Virus record (IMG/VR): IMGVR_UViG_3300005573_000258 | Location: 1 to 25,710 of that record | Origin: a virus | Lineage: Duplodnaviria > Caudoviricetes | DNA: 25,710 nucleotides | Reading direction: 5' to 3' (one strand) | Part shown: piece by piece, positions 1-9,204 of the stretch | Numbering within the stretch: position 1 is the first letter of the stretch | Layout of the letters: each line of letters begins with the position of its first letter | Position numbers and translations under genes: made by a program | The notes under the pieces: generated by a model | Told to the model about the DNA's origin: nothing | Database searches by the model: none | The model's input: only the letters and a program-made list of their open reading frames with translations

Positions 1-457
1 CATTTTGTTGCTGTGAAGTTTGTGTTTGAGAAATATTTTCTACTTGAGCAGGAATAAACTCTATAAACTCAAGACTTACATCTATAGTGTTTTTAGAAAC
101 ATCCTCGCTACTTTCAAGCCTTTGAAAAAGCACTTTACTTATAGCTCTACTTTTTGCATGCGGATGGATAAAAGTGTAAACCTTAGGTTTAGCATTCTCA
201 TTTTTTTTGAAAAATTTTTCTAATGTCTCAAGTTCCTTATAAATATCAATTTTTTCTCCAGCCAAACTCTCTGGATACAATGTTAAGCTTATAGAAATAC
301 TTTTGTCCTCATATCCAAGCATAACCTTTCTTTTTGTGGATGTAGTATCTGTATCCTGTTTTTCATAGAGAATGCTCCCACCCACAGAGATTGACTGCAC
401 CACACCAGGTAACAATACATTATCAAGTTTTATTTTGTCCCCATCTATCGTTAGCAT
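1..457 (-). CDS. Tail/baseplate-proximal protein downstream of the tape measure (3' partial)
   Basis: ATG at 457 overlaps the tape-measure stop; frame MLTIDGDKIKLDNVLLPGVVQSISVGG...FIHPHAKSR...LEFIEF stays open to the window edge. Absent from the ORF track because it has no stop here. Confidence 0.8.
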   Translation of the reverse strand, partial: MLTIDGDKIKLDNVLLPGVVQSISVGGSILYEKQDTDTTSTKRKVMLGYEDKSISISLTLYPESLAGEKIDIYKELETLEKFFKKNENAKPKVYTFIHPHAKSRAISKVLFQRLESSEDVSKNTIDVSLEFIEFIPAQVENISQTQTSQQQN

Positions 458-2571
458 GAAGCCTCCGCATATCTTTCAAGTTGTTTAAAGATACTCTCTA
501 TAGCCTCAAGGCTTTCTATATTATCTATCTTTAATTCTATTTTGTTATAATGTGTATGATAATGAGTTTCCCCAAGCCTTTTAGAATCCTTATTTGAGTA
601 AACTTTAGCTCCAGTAGGTAAATGAACGAGTTCAGGGCCTTTTTCTCCGACAATAGCCAACCCCGATGAAGAGACAATACCACCACTGGCAAGTGGAGGA
701 ATCTTGGGTATATTTAACCCAAATGTTTGTCCACCAAGCCCTGGTATCCATTTTGGAATAATTATTTTAAAAGAATTTAAAGCACTAATAAGCCCATTAA
801 CAAGGGATATAAGCCAGTTGACAAATCCAACAGGGCCACTTTTCAAAGCATTCCAGAATGATGCAAAAAAGCTCTTGATTTTAGAAAAGTTTTTAATAAT
901 CAAAAGCGGGATTGCAACAAAAGGATTAAACTTCACTTGAAAATCCACAAAAGCTTTTCCTACACTGACAAAAAAGCCAAAGATAATCTTACCAACTTTT
1001 ACAAACAAGCCAGCAAGGTAGCCAATGCCAAAGAGAATGGCATTAATCATATTGATAATAAGTACCCTGAAAGGTTTACAATTCTTCCATAGAAGTATAA
1101 TAGCAGTAGTAATTGCCGTAATAGCAAGAACAATCCAGAAAACAGGACCAAGAGAAGCAAAAAATGCTCTAATTCCTGTTGTCAATAAAGCAATTCCTTT
1201 TACGCCAAAAGCCGAAGCTATCCCCATAGCCTTTTGTGCATTACTAAGTGCCTGCGTAACGCCTATTAATGAAAAGACTTGCCCGATAAGAACTTTTGTA
1301 TACTTAATATATATAGGAAACTCTTTTGAAAATAAAACACCAAAAGCCGATCTTTTCAATAAAGCCACAGATGCAGCGATACCAACAGCAGAAGCAAGCC
1401 CCAAAAGAGCCGTCATCAAAACTGTTATTAATGGAGCAAAACCGGGAATTTTATCCATAGCAAAATTTATAAACCTTACAATAGGAGTAAAAAGTCCAAG
1501 GAGAGTATTCAAAGCATTCACAAAAGGTGTCCCTATAGTAATGGCTATTGCATTCAAATTATTCAAAAGAATTTTAAGTTTTGTTGAAAAATTAGCCTCC
1601 ATAATCTTTTGAGCCTCACCAAGTGTCCCCTGTGAATTTTTAATAACCTCATAAGATTCCTTAAGTTTATCAAGCTGTTTTAAAAGCAAAGCAATTCCTC
1701 TTGCTCCTTCCTGTCCAAAAGCTTTATTTAGAGCATCTTGCAACTGAATGGCATCCATTTGCTTTGTGGCATCTTTTATATTTTCAATGGTGGAGATAAA
1801 ATCAATTCCGCCCTCTGCATTTTTTGCTATGTTAAAGCCTAATTCTTTTGAGGCTTTTGTCATCTGTGCAATGGCATTAGAAAAAGCCGTTCCAGCCATA
1901 CTCCCTTGTAAACCAACATTGTTTAGCATTCCAATTATTGTATTCATTTCTTCAAAAGAAATTTTGGCTGCAAGAGCAGTGCTTGAAGCATATTTTAAGC
2001 CTTCTGAAAGTTGTCCTAAATTAGCAATCTGGAAAAGATTCTGTGTTTTAGCAAGGACATCGCCAAGTCTTGACATTTCTTTTGCTACATCGGCATTTTG
2101 ATCAGCAAAATTGTTGTAGGAAAGAGCAAGTAGATTTGCTGCTTCTGTAGAATCTCCCATTGTGGCCGTTGCAAGTGCAAGAGCCTTTCGTGTACCTTCT
2201 ATTGCCTGAATATCGTTCAGTCCTGCTGAACTCATCTGATAGCTTGCTTGCAAAAATTCTTCTGCACTCTGTTTGTGCAGACTTGACCATTCCTTCGCTG
2301 CAGAAGCAAAAGCTTTTAAGGATTTTTCCATACTACCCATTGTTGAAGTTACTACAGTCCCAAGAGGCGTAAGACTTGACTCAAAATTTGCTGCACTATC
2401 AGCCGCACTCTTTAATGCAAGAAGTGTAGCACCACCAACAGCAAGAGCGGCACCTTGAATTTTTTGTAATCTTCCTACAGTGTCTCCAATACTTCCTTGA
2501 ATATTTCTTATTATATTTGTAGCTTTATCTATAGCCTGAAAGACTATAAAAGCCTTTAATTCTGGCGACAT
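451..2571 (-). CDS. Phage tail tape measure protein (TP901-like core)
   Basis: 706 aa, Ala/Gly-rich helical, GLQGSMAGT motif, hydrophobic middle, C-terminal IPPLASGGIV...VGEKGPE; follows tube and chaperone. Confidence 0.93.
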   Translation of the reverse strand: MSPELKAFIVFQAIDKATNIIRNIQGSIGDTVGRLQKIQGAALAVGGATLLALKSAADSAANFESSLTPLGTVVTSTMGSMEKSLKAFASAAKEWSSLHKQSAEEFLQASYQMSSAGLNDIQAIEGTRKALALATATMGDSTEAANLLALSYNNFADQNADVAKEMSRLGDVLAKTQNLFQIANLGQLSEGLKYASSTALAAKISFEEMNTIIGMLNNVGLQGSMAGTAFSNAIAQMTKASKELGFNIAKNAEGGIDFISTIENIKDATKQMDAIQLQDALNKAFGQEGARGIALLLKQLDKLKESYEVIKNSQGTLGEAQKIMEANFSTKLKILLNNLNAIAITIGTPFVNALNTLLGLFTPIVRFINFAMDKIPGFAPLITVLMTALLGLASAVGIAASVALLKRSAFGVLFSKEFPIYIKYTKVLIGQVFSLIGVTQALSNAQKAMGIASAFGVKGIALLTTGIRAFFASLGPVFWIVLAITAITTAIILLWKNCKPFRVLIINMINAILFGIGYLAGLFVKVGKIIFGFFVSVGKAFVDFQVKFNPFVAIPLLIIKNFSKIKSFFASFWNALKSGPVGFVNWLISLVNGLISALNSFKIIIPKWIPGLGGQTFGLNIPKIPPLASGGIVSSSGLAIVGEKGPELVHLPTGAKVYSNKDSKRLGETHYHTHYNKIELKIDNIESLEAIESIFKQLERYAEASC

Positions 2572-2585
2572 TTATTTCTCTCTCC

Positions 2586-2614
2586 TTGATTTTTTCAGTT
2601 ATGTGTGGTATAAT
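2586..2614 (+). promoter_or_regulatory. Sigma70 promoter of moron gene
   Basis: TTGATT (2586-2591), 17 bp, TATAAT (2609-2614), with an extended -10 TG. Confidence 0.75.
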
Positions 2615-2620
2615 ATAACT

Positions 2621-2740
2621 ATGTTAAAAGAAATTTTTAATATTTTTCTTGGGCTCCTTTTTGTCTTTTCTGTTCTTGCATTTTTTATTGGATTAATATT
2701 TGCCATAATTTCATTCATTGCTCGCCCCCCAAAGCTTTAG
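2621..2740 (+). CDS. 39-aa single-pass membrane protein (moron, probably leaderless)
   Basis: MLKEIFNIFLGLLFVFSVLAFFIGLIFAIISFIARPPKL*; the ATG sits at the expected +1, 7 nt after the -10 box. Confidence 0.7.
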   Translation: MLKEIFNIFLGLLFVFSVLAFFIGLIFAIISFIARPPKL

Positions 2741-2933
2741 CTATTGCCTCAGCCATTTTTTTTACTTCTAAATCCAGCATAAAAATAGCCTCTTCATAAT
2801 GCTGTAAAAGTTCTTCCATCTCCATTTCCTCTACATTTAAAGAAGGAAAGTAAAATCTAATTAGGGCTTCCATAATCCGCACGGGGTTTCTGGAAACCCT
2901 TTCTACTACTTCCCTTCTATCACGGTAAAATTT
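2715..2933 (-). CDS. Tail assembly chaperone G-T extension reached by -1 programmed frameshift
   Basis: Slippery A-AAT-TTT at 2933-2927 in the correct phase; -1 frame reads YRDRREVVERVSRNPVRIMEALIRFYFPSLNVEEMEMEELLQHYEEAIFMLDLEVKKMAEAIAKALGGEQ* to TGA at 2717-2715. Confidence 0.75.
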   Translation of the reverse strand, partial: KFYRDRREVVERVSRNPVRIMEALIRFYFPSLNVEEMEMEELLQHYEEAIFMLDLEVKKMAEAIAKALGGEQ

Positions 2934-3220
2934 TCGCCAAGTCCTACATTTTCATACAACTTGTTAAAAAGCTGTATGAAAAGCCCGGGTTTATCTTCCA
3001 AGAGTTTTTCAAATTCGACCCTTTCGGGGTAGATAATGGCATTTTTTACAGCCATTTCCATTGCAGTGCTCATATTGCCCTGTGTAGAAGCATCAAACAT
3101 TCTTTTGATATCAGCCTTTGTAGGCTTTTTAAAGTAAAAATCTCCGTATTTATCATTTGCAAGATGGATAATCTGTACTCCCTTCTCCCTTGCTTCCTGT
3201 ACCACTTTCGGTTCTGCCAT
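2906..3220 (-). CDS. Tail assembly chaperone (G-like)
   Basis: Lies between tube and tape measure; FKKPTKADI motif; start moved to MAEPK (3220), which has a GGAG RBS. Confidence 0.82.
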   Translation of the reverse strand: MAEPKVVQEAREKGVQIIHLANDKYGDFYFKKPTKADIKRMFDASTQGNMSTAMEMAVKNAIIYPERVEFEKLLEDKPGLFIQLFNKLYENVGLGENFTVIEGK

Positions 3221-3221
3221 A

Positions 3222-3668
3222 TTACACTCCTTCGCTTGCACTTATTCCATCGTGTTTAATATCACCAAGAATAGTGAAGTCAAGCTCTACTTCCATTTTC
3301 TTGTCCCCCTGAGAAGCTTTATTCCCCTTTTTTGTCCATTTGCAGTTCAAGAGTTGCACTGTATGCAAAGGCTCATCGCTATTTGCATACACAAGGACAA
3401 TGTTAAAAGGAGGAGCATTAAAAATCCCCTCTGGAGTGAGCAAATTAAGTTCGGCATAAGCCTCAAGAGCAATTGTAAGCTTGCCATCAGCTTTCCAGTT
3501 TCCAGTACCAAAACCGATTGGTTTATCTCCTGCTCCGTAGATAGCTTCTATTTCCTTTTCTTCATTCCAGTCTATAGCTTGAACTCCAATTATTCCCGCA
3601 GGAACTGAAGCAGGATATACTATAGTTAGATCTCCCCAGTCATACATTTTGCCATTTATACTTATCAT
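3222..3668 (-). CDS. Tail tube protein
   Basis: 148 aa directly after the sheath; INGKMYDWGD...IYGAGDKPIGFGTGN...ADGKLTI pattern. Confidence 0.85.
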   Translation of the reverse strand: MISINGKMYDWGDLTIVYPASVPAGIIGVQAIDWNEEKEIEAIYGAGDKPIGFGTGNWKADGKLTIALEAYAELNLLTPEGIFNAPPFNIVLVYANSDEPLHTVQLLNCKWTKKGNKASQGDKKMEVELDFTILGDIKHDGISASEGV

Positions 3669-3683
3669 TTTTAACCTCCTCCT

Positions 3684-5069
3684 TTAAGCTGTTGGATTAG
3701 AGTATTTAAAACTTACAAAGCTACTTATCTTGCGAACAATGGGTAGTCCATAAAGGGTATACTGGATAGTTAGGCCATTGTTTACAACATCTTGGTCTTT
3801 TGGAATCACAATCTCAAAGTTGTCCAATTCTTTTGGTACTGCCTTTTTCATTGTGTTAAGTGTTTTAACAAGGTCAGCCTTGATATACTCAAGCATTGCA
3901 GTATCAAGCGATGTGTGTAAATGCTTGAGACAAGTTTTTCTAATAAGCCTTATAGCCTTATGCACTGTGCGAGAAACCTCAAACCATCTATAATCCGAAC
4001 TATCATCTGCCATACTTCTACCGTTCGCCCATCTCAAAACCTTCTCTCCAGCGTACTGTCTCATAACAATATAACCAGCGTCATTTAGTATTTTAACAAT
4101 AGCATCAGCCCATCCCGCTGGAAGTTTGATATTGCTAAAAGAAAAGTCTATAAACCCAATCGATTGATTCACTCTTGCCCTGGATAAATCTCCAAGAAGA
4201 AGACCAGAGAAATTCCTTGTCTTTGCGTCCTTGCTAACCACTTCACCAAAACCAGCAACAATATGCACCCACCTATGAGCAAAGCTTTGCCTCTGTGTTA
4301 ATAGATAGCTTACAAAGTCATCAAGAGTTTCATTTTCCCCTAAAATTCTTGCTTCACTTACAAAAAGTGTAGGGCGGTGATTATCAAAAAGCTCATCAGC
4401 CTTTGCACCAAACGCTACCCAGAATACATTGTCCGTATCCTGTGCAACATAAACAAATTCTGGTGCCACCTTTTCAAGCCCTGTTTCTATAGCATTCATT
4501 ATTGCTGTTAAACTTGATTTAGCTCCAGAAAGTGTAAAAGTATAAGTGTCTTTCTCTACAAAAGAATTTGCTGGATTTGAAGACTCACTAAAGACAATTT
4601 TTACTCCCGTATCTACAATTTGCACCTCTCCGTTCGCTGGAATTGTAAAAACTTCACCGAAAGTATCCCCACCATCAAGGCTAATTTTTGCCGTAGCTTC
4701 ATTTAATCTTCCACCAGAAACAATTTCAATCACCACTTCAGCATCGCAAAGTGGATTACCTACCAAATTATAAGTTGCCTCCCCATTTCCAGTATGAACC
4801 ACAGAAGATTTACTCCCTGCCACATCTGGGTTACTTGGTACAACAACAAAAACCGCATCATCACTTGCTCTACTTAAAGCATCCTTAAGCCTGTCAACAA
4901 GCTTGCCGTTACCAAAAACTTTTAGATCGCTATTCTTGCCAATATAATAGATTTTACCCACCTCACCAGTCGAACAAGGTCCCACAACAAGTGCAAAAGG
5001 ATCGCCGCTTGGTGTAAGCCCACTTGTCCCATCTACGATATATTCGTAGCTATTACCCCAATCACTCAT
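3684..5069 (-). CDS. Contractile tail sheath protein (DUF2586-like)
   Basis: 461 aa; C-terminal LNDAGY..MRQYAG..SDY...RTVHKAIR sheath-type motifs; position before tube. Confidence 0.85.
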   Translation of the reverse strand: MSDWGNSYEYIVDGTSGLTPSGDPFALVVGPCSTGEVGKIYYIGKNSDLKVFGNGKLVDRLKDALSRASDDAVFVVVPSNPDVAGSKSSVVHTGNGEATYNLVGNPLCDAEVVIEIVSGGRLNEATAKISLDGGDTFGEVFTIPANGEVQIVDTGVKIVFSESSNPANSFVEKDTYTFTLSGAKSSLTAIMNAIETGLEKVAPEFVYVAQDTDNVFWVAFGAKADELFDNHRPTLFVSEARILGENETLDDFVSYLLTQRQSFAHRWVHIVAGFGEVVSKDAKTRNFSGLLLGDLSRARVNQSIGFIDFSFSNIKLPAGWADAIVKILNDAGYIVMRQYAGEKVLRWANGRSMADDSSDYRWFEVSRTVHKAIRLIRKTCLKHLHTSLDTAMLEYIKADLVKTLNTMKKAVPKELDNFEIVIPKDQDVVNNGLTIQYTLYGLPIVRKISSFVSFKYSNPTA

Positions 5070-5266
5070 TTTGTGCCTCCATATTTCTTAATAAAGTTTT
5101 GATAAGCTAAATCAAACTGCTTTTTTGTTACACTTTTTCCTTTCTTCCATCCAGCAGCTTGTAAAAAAGCCGCCTTTTGCCAATCTGGAATATCCAGAGA
5201 TTTTATTAGTTCATCAACAAGTATAAGCTCATCCTTTTCTTGAACTTGTTTTTTTTCTTCAGCCAC
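5066..5266 (-). CDS. Small pre-sheath protein (Mu gp38 position)
   Basis: GTG start with GGAGG RBS; stop overlaps the sheath ATG. Confidence 0.7.
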   Translation of the reverse strand: MAEEKKQVQEKDELILVDELIKSLDIPDWQKAAFLQAAGWKKGKSVTKKQFDLAYQNFIKKYGGTK

Positions 5267-5278
5267 TTTTTTCCTCCT

Positions 5279-5773
5279 TTATTTTTTATATTCTACTTCT
5301 TCTTCTATGTTTGAGATTTTGTCAAATTGTGTTTCTGTGTAGATACCATGTATGAAGTTAATAGTTAATGCTGCAATGTATGCACTTGTCATTAGACTTT
5401 CCTGATCAGAGTACTCAATACTTACAGGCTCAATCTTTACACTTGTATTGTTTATCACAATATCTTTATCCAGTCTTTCAAGGAATTTTTCAACCCAGCT
5501 ATCAGCCTCTTCTTCTCCTATGGCTCCAAGAGCTACTGTTATAGGGATAGTTTTTGTATATTTCCTTTCCACAATGTAAAATTTGTTATCATCTTCTTTT
5601 TTTCTTTCTTTCTGCCATTCTATTTTTATATCAGATTTTTTTGTTAGAATACTTATCCATGGTGCAAACTTATATTGATTTTCATCTTTCGCACTCAGAT
5701 AGATATAGCTTTCCGATACTCCTGTAATATCCATTAAAATGTCTTTTAAATAGCTTTTAATCTCTGCTATCAT
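5279..5773 (-). CDS. Putative tail terminator/completion protein (Mu gp37 position)
   Basis: Gene order and size; probable ATGA-coupled start MIAEIK at 5773. Confidence 0.6.
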   Translation of the reverse strand: MIAEIKSYLKDILMDITGVSESYIYLSAKDENQYKFAPWISILTKKSDIKIEWQKERKKEDDNKFYIVERKYTKTIPITVALGAIGEEEADSWVEKFLERLDKDIVINNTSVKIEPVSIEYSDQESLMTSAYIAALTINFIHGIYTETQFDKISNIEEEVEYKK

Positions 5774-6222
5774 AAACTCCTCAGCCATTCGGTAACAGTT
5801 TTGCTTACAATTTTGTTTTCCTTTTCTCCTATACCTAAAAAAGTTCTTACTGGAATTTTTTTCTTTTTATATCCAAAGTTATGCGCAGCCGCATAAGGAA
5901 CATCAGAATCATCTACTCCAATTGCAACCCCGCTTGAACCAAGCAGAAAATATTTCACAGACCTTTTTAAATTTCCAGACCATTCCAGAATATTAGAAGG
6001 ACTTTTTCCCTTTCTTTGTTTATAAATTGCATATTTTGGTTTCACCGGCACCCATGGAGTCCCATCAGGTCCTCTTTTCTCCTTGAAATAATCAAACACA
6101 GCCTCATTGACCACACGTCTTCCGATTATCTTCAAAAGTCGCTCCCTGCTTACAAGTTTCTTTTCTAACTCTTTCATCCAGTCTTTCAGCTTATCAAAAC
6201 CTTTCAACTCCACACTTACCAT
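5770..6222 (-). CDS. Virion morphogenesis protein (Mu gpG / P2 S family)
   Basis: F....GPDGTPW.P, IL..SG.L..S, YAAAHNFG and IPVRTFLG motifs. Confidence 0.9.
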   Translation of the reverse strand: MVSVELKGFDKLKDWMKELEKKLVSRERLLKIIGRRVVNEAVFDYFKEKRGPDGTPWVPVKPKYAIYKQRKGKSPSNILEWSGNLKRSVKYFLLGSSGVAIGVDDSDVPYAAAHNFGYKKKKIPVRTFLGIGEKENKIVSKTVTEWLRSL

Positions 6223-6663
6223 TTAAAACCCCTTCCAGAAATCTTTATTTCCAAATATTTTTTTCTCTGTTCGGTAAATAGCTTTTGCCGATGGAGTGCT
6301 TTCTGTTTCAGAAAGGCTTATTCCAATATCAACATCCCCATCTCTTATTTTTTCAAGTGTTTTAATCACCCCCTGATAATCCTTTGCAATCCCTTCCTCA
6401 GGACTATTTGGAGCATAGCCCTTGCGTATAATAAGCTTGTATTTTATAATCCTAACACAAAGGTCTCTGATAAACCCTGGTACAGGATTTAATGGAGTCT
6501 GATAACGACCACGAATATAGCCATTTATTTCATCAGTTGCCTGAGCTATCATATTTTCAAGCCTTGCTTCCCATTCATTTCCTGTTTCACCGCTATTTGA
6601 AGCATAACTTTTTACAATTCTTTGCTCCATCTGAGCATACACATCTTCTTTTGAACAATACAT
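6223..6663 (-). CDS. Head-tail adaptor (Mu gp36 / DUF1320-like)
   Basis: MYCSKEDV...ATDEINGYIRGRY.TPL.PVP...L..IRDG; start at 6663 with GAGGTG RBS. Confidence 0.88.
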   Translation of the reverse strand: MYCSKEDVYAQMEQRIVKSYASNSGETGNEWEARLENMIAQATDEINGYIRGRYQTPLNPVPGFIRDLCVRIIKYKLIIRKGYAPNSPEEGIAKDYQGVIKTLEKIRDGDVDIGISLSETESTPSAKAIYRTEKKIFGNKDFWKGF

Positions 6664-6680
6664 ATTATCACCTCTTCTAT

Positions 6681-6715
6681 AAAAACGGCAGATAGGCAAC
6701 ACTCTGCCTATCTGC
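6681..6715 (-). terminator. Intrinsic terminator after the major capsid gene
   Basis: 11-bp stem GCAGATAGGCA/TGCCTATCTGC (6688-6698/6705-6715) followed on the - strand by CGTTTTT. Confidence 0.8.
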
Positions 6716-6726
6716 AAAATTATTAA

Positions 6727-7662
6727 TTAAATTGCGTCGTATATTAAATAACCTGCCTCTGAACACGCAAAATGGACGCCGATATAATCTTCAACTCTAA
6801 CAATATCACTTGTCGAATCATCCTCATACCAGCTTTCAATGAATGGGTAGTCAGGTTTTCTTGGACTATAGCCAAAAGCTGGCTCTTCGGTAGATTCTGG
6901 ATTTTCTGGAACATAAGCAAGAATAATGGTTTTGCTCCATATATCCTTAAATACTTTCCCGTTTGGAGAATATACACTTCTGGCAATTACAATATTAGGA
7001 ATTTCAAGAATTTCCTGTAATGTTTCTGTAGTAAGAGTCTGCACCTTCGAAACAGGAACCTGTGCAAGCATTTTTGGATGTCTTTTTAGTTTTGTCCAGA
7101 CATTTGCAGAGATAAGACATGTGTTTGGTTCAAGACCTATGCTTTCCCTTATTGTCTCTTTTGCTTCATCAAAATATCCAATTGGATCCGAATCCGGATT
7201 AGAAATCTTTTTGTTTGTCGTTCCATCAAGCTGAAGCTTATGATCTTCAGGATATTTTGCAGGATTTTGTGCAAGCGCTGACTGCATATTTTCAATTTCA
7301 ATCCCCATCTGTCCCATAAGCATATTAACCCTGCTCTTCTGTAACAAGAGCTTTTTTGCTACTGGATCTACAGCTTCTGAATATTCATCTCTATCAACAC
7401 CACTTGCTAGGGATTTTCTATCAAGACTTACAGGAACATATTCAACTGCATAGCTTACACGCTTGGTATTTGCACCCATTGCTCTATTTGCATCAACAAG
7501 CCTGAAACTCTCTTTTCCAAAATTAGCAATCTTTCCATCACTTCTTTCGTGTGGAATAACTGGAAAGAGAGCAAATCCAGCATTTTCAGGAAACTTATAT
7601 GAAATAGCAACATTTGTAAGTACCGGATCAATATTTCCTCTTAAAAGTCTCTGTCTACTCAT
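6727..7662 (-). CDS. Major capsid protein (HK97 fold, lambda E-like family)
   Basis: 311 aa; IDPVLTNVAISY, SDPI, PNTCLIS..VW..LKRHP, PAFGY, AGYLI motifs; follows protease and decoration genes. Confidence 0.9.
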   Translation of the reverse strand: MSRQRLLRGNIDPVLTNVAISYKFPENAGFALFPVIPHERSDGKIANFGKESFRLVDANRAMGANTKRVSYAVEYVPVSLDRKSLASGVDRDEYSEAVDPVAKKLLLQKSRVNMLMGQMGIEIENMQSALAQNPAKYPEDHKLQLDGTTNKKISNPDSDPIGYFDEAKETIRESIGLEPNTCLISANVWTKLKRHPKMLAQVPVSKVQTLTTETLQEILEIPNIVIARSVYSPNGKVFKDIWSKTIILAYVPENPESTEEPAFGYSPRKPDYPFIESWYEDDSTSDIVRVEDYIGVHFACSEAGYLIYDAI

Positions 7663-7675
7663 TTTATTTCTCCTC

Positions 7676-7987
7676 CTATCTTATTAATACTTCAATAAGT
7701 TCACCAGCAGTTCCACCTGTTCGAGCTAAATAAATGCCATTTGTATTGTCCTTAACTGCTTTACCTTCTGTATCAGATTTGACCAGATCTCCAGCTTGTA
7801 TAGTTTGTCCACTGGCAACCTCTACCTCTGCAATTCCTAAAACAACTACATCCATTGGTCTGTTTGCGTCACCCCCATAAAGGGTAACACCATAATTACC
7901 GCCAAGGTCTCCATCAACATCTACAAACCTGTTAGGTGCTATATCCGAAACAGCAATAACACTATCAGTTAATACACTTTTAAACAT
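7676..7987 (-). CDS. Capsid decoration/cement protein (DUF2190-like)
   Basis: 103 aa, GD...SD.EGKAV and AGELIEVL motifs; lies between protease and capsid. Confidence 0.75.
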   Translation of the reverse strand: MFKSVLTDSVIAVSDIAPNRFVDVDGDLGGNYGVTLYGGDANRPMDVVVLGIAEVEVASGQTIQAGDLVKSDTEGKAVKDNTNGIYLARTGGTAGELIEVLIR

Positions 7988-8480
7988 AACTTTCCTCCTT
8001 ATTTTGATTTAATACAACTTCAAGGGCTTCGACATAAGTAATATTATGTTCTTTTGCGTATGCCCTTATTTTCTTATCCAACTCTGCCTTGTTGTCTTCA
8101 GAAAAATCAACTGTTTCCTTCACTCTTGTTTTTGTGTACTTATCCTTTCCAGAAACATCTACAACAGCCCCTTCTGGAATCTGCTCAAAGAAGCCAAACA
8201 ATCCATCAAGTGCACTCTTTTTACCCTCGCTGAAATTAATTTCCTTTTCTGCGTCAAGCTCGCTTGCAAGTGCGACAAAGTCGTCTTTGAACTTTGGAAG
8301 CATTTTCCCGGCTTTAATAAGACTTTCAGCAAAGTTTAATATCTTTTGTTTCTTTTCATTTGCTTTTCTTTCCATTTCAGCTTCGCTAAAAGCCTTAATT
8401 TTTTCTTCTTGTTCAGCAATTATCTGTTCTTTTTTCTTAAGCTCTTCTTTAAGTTTCTCAAATTCTTCTTTTTCTGACAT
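7980..8480 (-). CDS. Scaffolding protein from an internal in-frame start (Mu gpZ-like), 166 aa
   Basis: AAGGAGGGAATAAAA directly precedes the in-frame ATG (MSEKEEFEK) at 8480. Confidence 0.65.
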   Translation of the reverse strand: MSEKEEFEKLKEELKKKEQIIAEQEEKIKAFSEAEMERKANEKKQKILNFAESLIKAGKMLPKFKDDFVALASELDAEKEINFSEGKKSALDGLFGFFEQIPEGAVVDVSGKDKYTKTRVKETVDFSEDNKAELDKKIRAYAKEHNITYVEALEVVLNQNKEESYV

Positions 8481-9140
8481 TTTTATTCCCTCCTTTATTT
8501 TTTCAGAAAATTCTTCATTATCTGTATTATCTATTATTTCAGGTTCAGGCGGTTGTCTAAGACTTTCTATTTCCCAGTCCTCAACAACAGCGTCAGCAGT
8601 CTCCTGTCCAAATTTTTCAATAAGCCACTCTCTCAACCTCCTGAAAATTCCGCCAATCGTAACAATTTTCCAGTCAGCCTCTGCAAATTTAAACTCAAGG
8701 GATTTTGCATCGTCTGCAAAACCCACACCTAAAGGAGCAAGTCCCTTCACAGCAGGAGCTGCAGCTCCTAAAAACCCTAAATGCTTTAGTGCCCATTTAC
8801 CTTTTTCTGGATTATAGGGACTATCTGGAGTATATAAGGCAACACTCCTTTCACGATACAGACCCTTATTAACAGCCTCTTGGAACTCATCTACAATATT
8901 CCCCAGCCTAACAAGCAAAGATCCATTCTTCTCTTTTACTTCTTCAACCCAGCCAAAAGCCGGGCTATCTGTTCCCGGATGACCAACAACCACTGGAACC
9001 CTATATTTAGCAGGATTAAATGTCTCAGCAAGCTGTTTTACATCTTCTTTTGTAAATTCATGCACCTGTCCACCTGAATCAATATGTTTCCCTGCCTTAA
9101 AAACTTCTATCCATCCATCTAAAAGATTTTTTGCCTTCAT
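7980..9140 (-). CDS. Prohead protease-scaffold fusion (Mu gpI-like)
   Basis: PVVVGHP..DSPAFGWV, YRERS, HLGFLGAAAPAVKGL catalytic region followed by an acidic coiled-coil C-terminus. Confidence 0.9.
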   Translation of the reverse strand: MKAKNLLDGWIEVFKAGKHIDSGGQVHEFTKEDVKQLAETFNPAKYRVPVVVGHPGTDSPAFGWVEEVKEKNGSLLVRLGNIVDEFQEAVNKGLYRERSVALYTPDSPYNPEKGKWALKHLGFLGAAAPAVKGLAPLGVGFADDAKSLEFKFAEADWKIVTIGGIFRRLREWLIEKFGQETADAVVEDWEIESLRQPPEPEIIDNTDNEEFSEKIKEGIKMSEKEEFEKLKEELKKKEQIIAEQEEKIKAFSEAEMERKANEKKQKILNFAESLIKAGKMLPKFKDDFVALASELDAEKEINFSEGKKSALDGLFGFFEQIPEGAVVDVSGKDKYTKTRVKETVDFSEDNKAELDKKIRAYAKEHNITYVEALEVVLNQNKEESYV

Positions 9141-9169
9141 CTTTCCTCCTTTTATTTTTCTATTTTTAC

Positions 9170-9198
9170 TTGACTTTTATTCAATTCTGTACTATACT
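9170..9198 (+). promoter_or_regulatory. Sigma70 promoter facing the 3' end of the portal-MuF-toxin gene
   Basis: TTGACT (9170-9175), 17 bp, TATACT (9193-9198). Confidence 0.75.
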
Positions 9199-9204
9199 AA
9201 TAAT

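Noticed and set aside
704-2458. Several + strand ORFs (up to 195 aa) opposite the tape measure, and similar ones at 8089-8817, 13215-13688, 17395-17781, 19680-20093 and 21045-21443
   Set aside because: Antisense shadows of well-supported - strand genes; no promoter, RBS or motif support noticed
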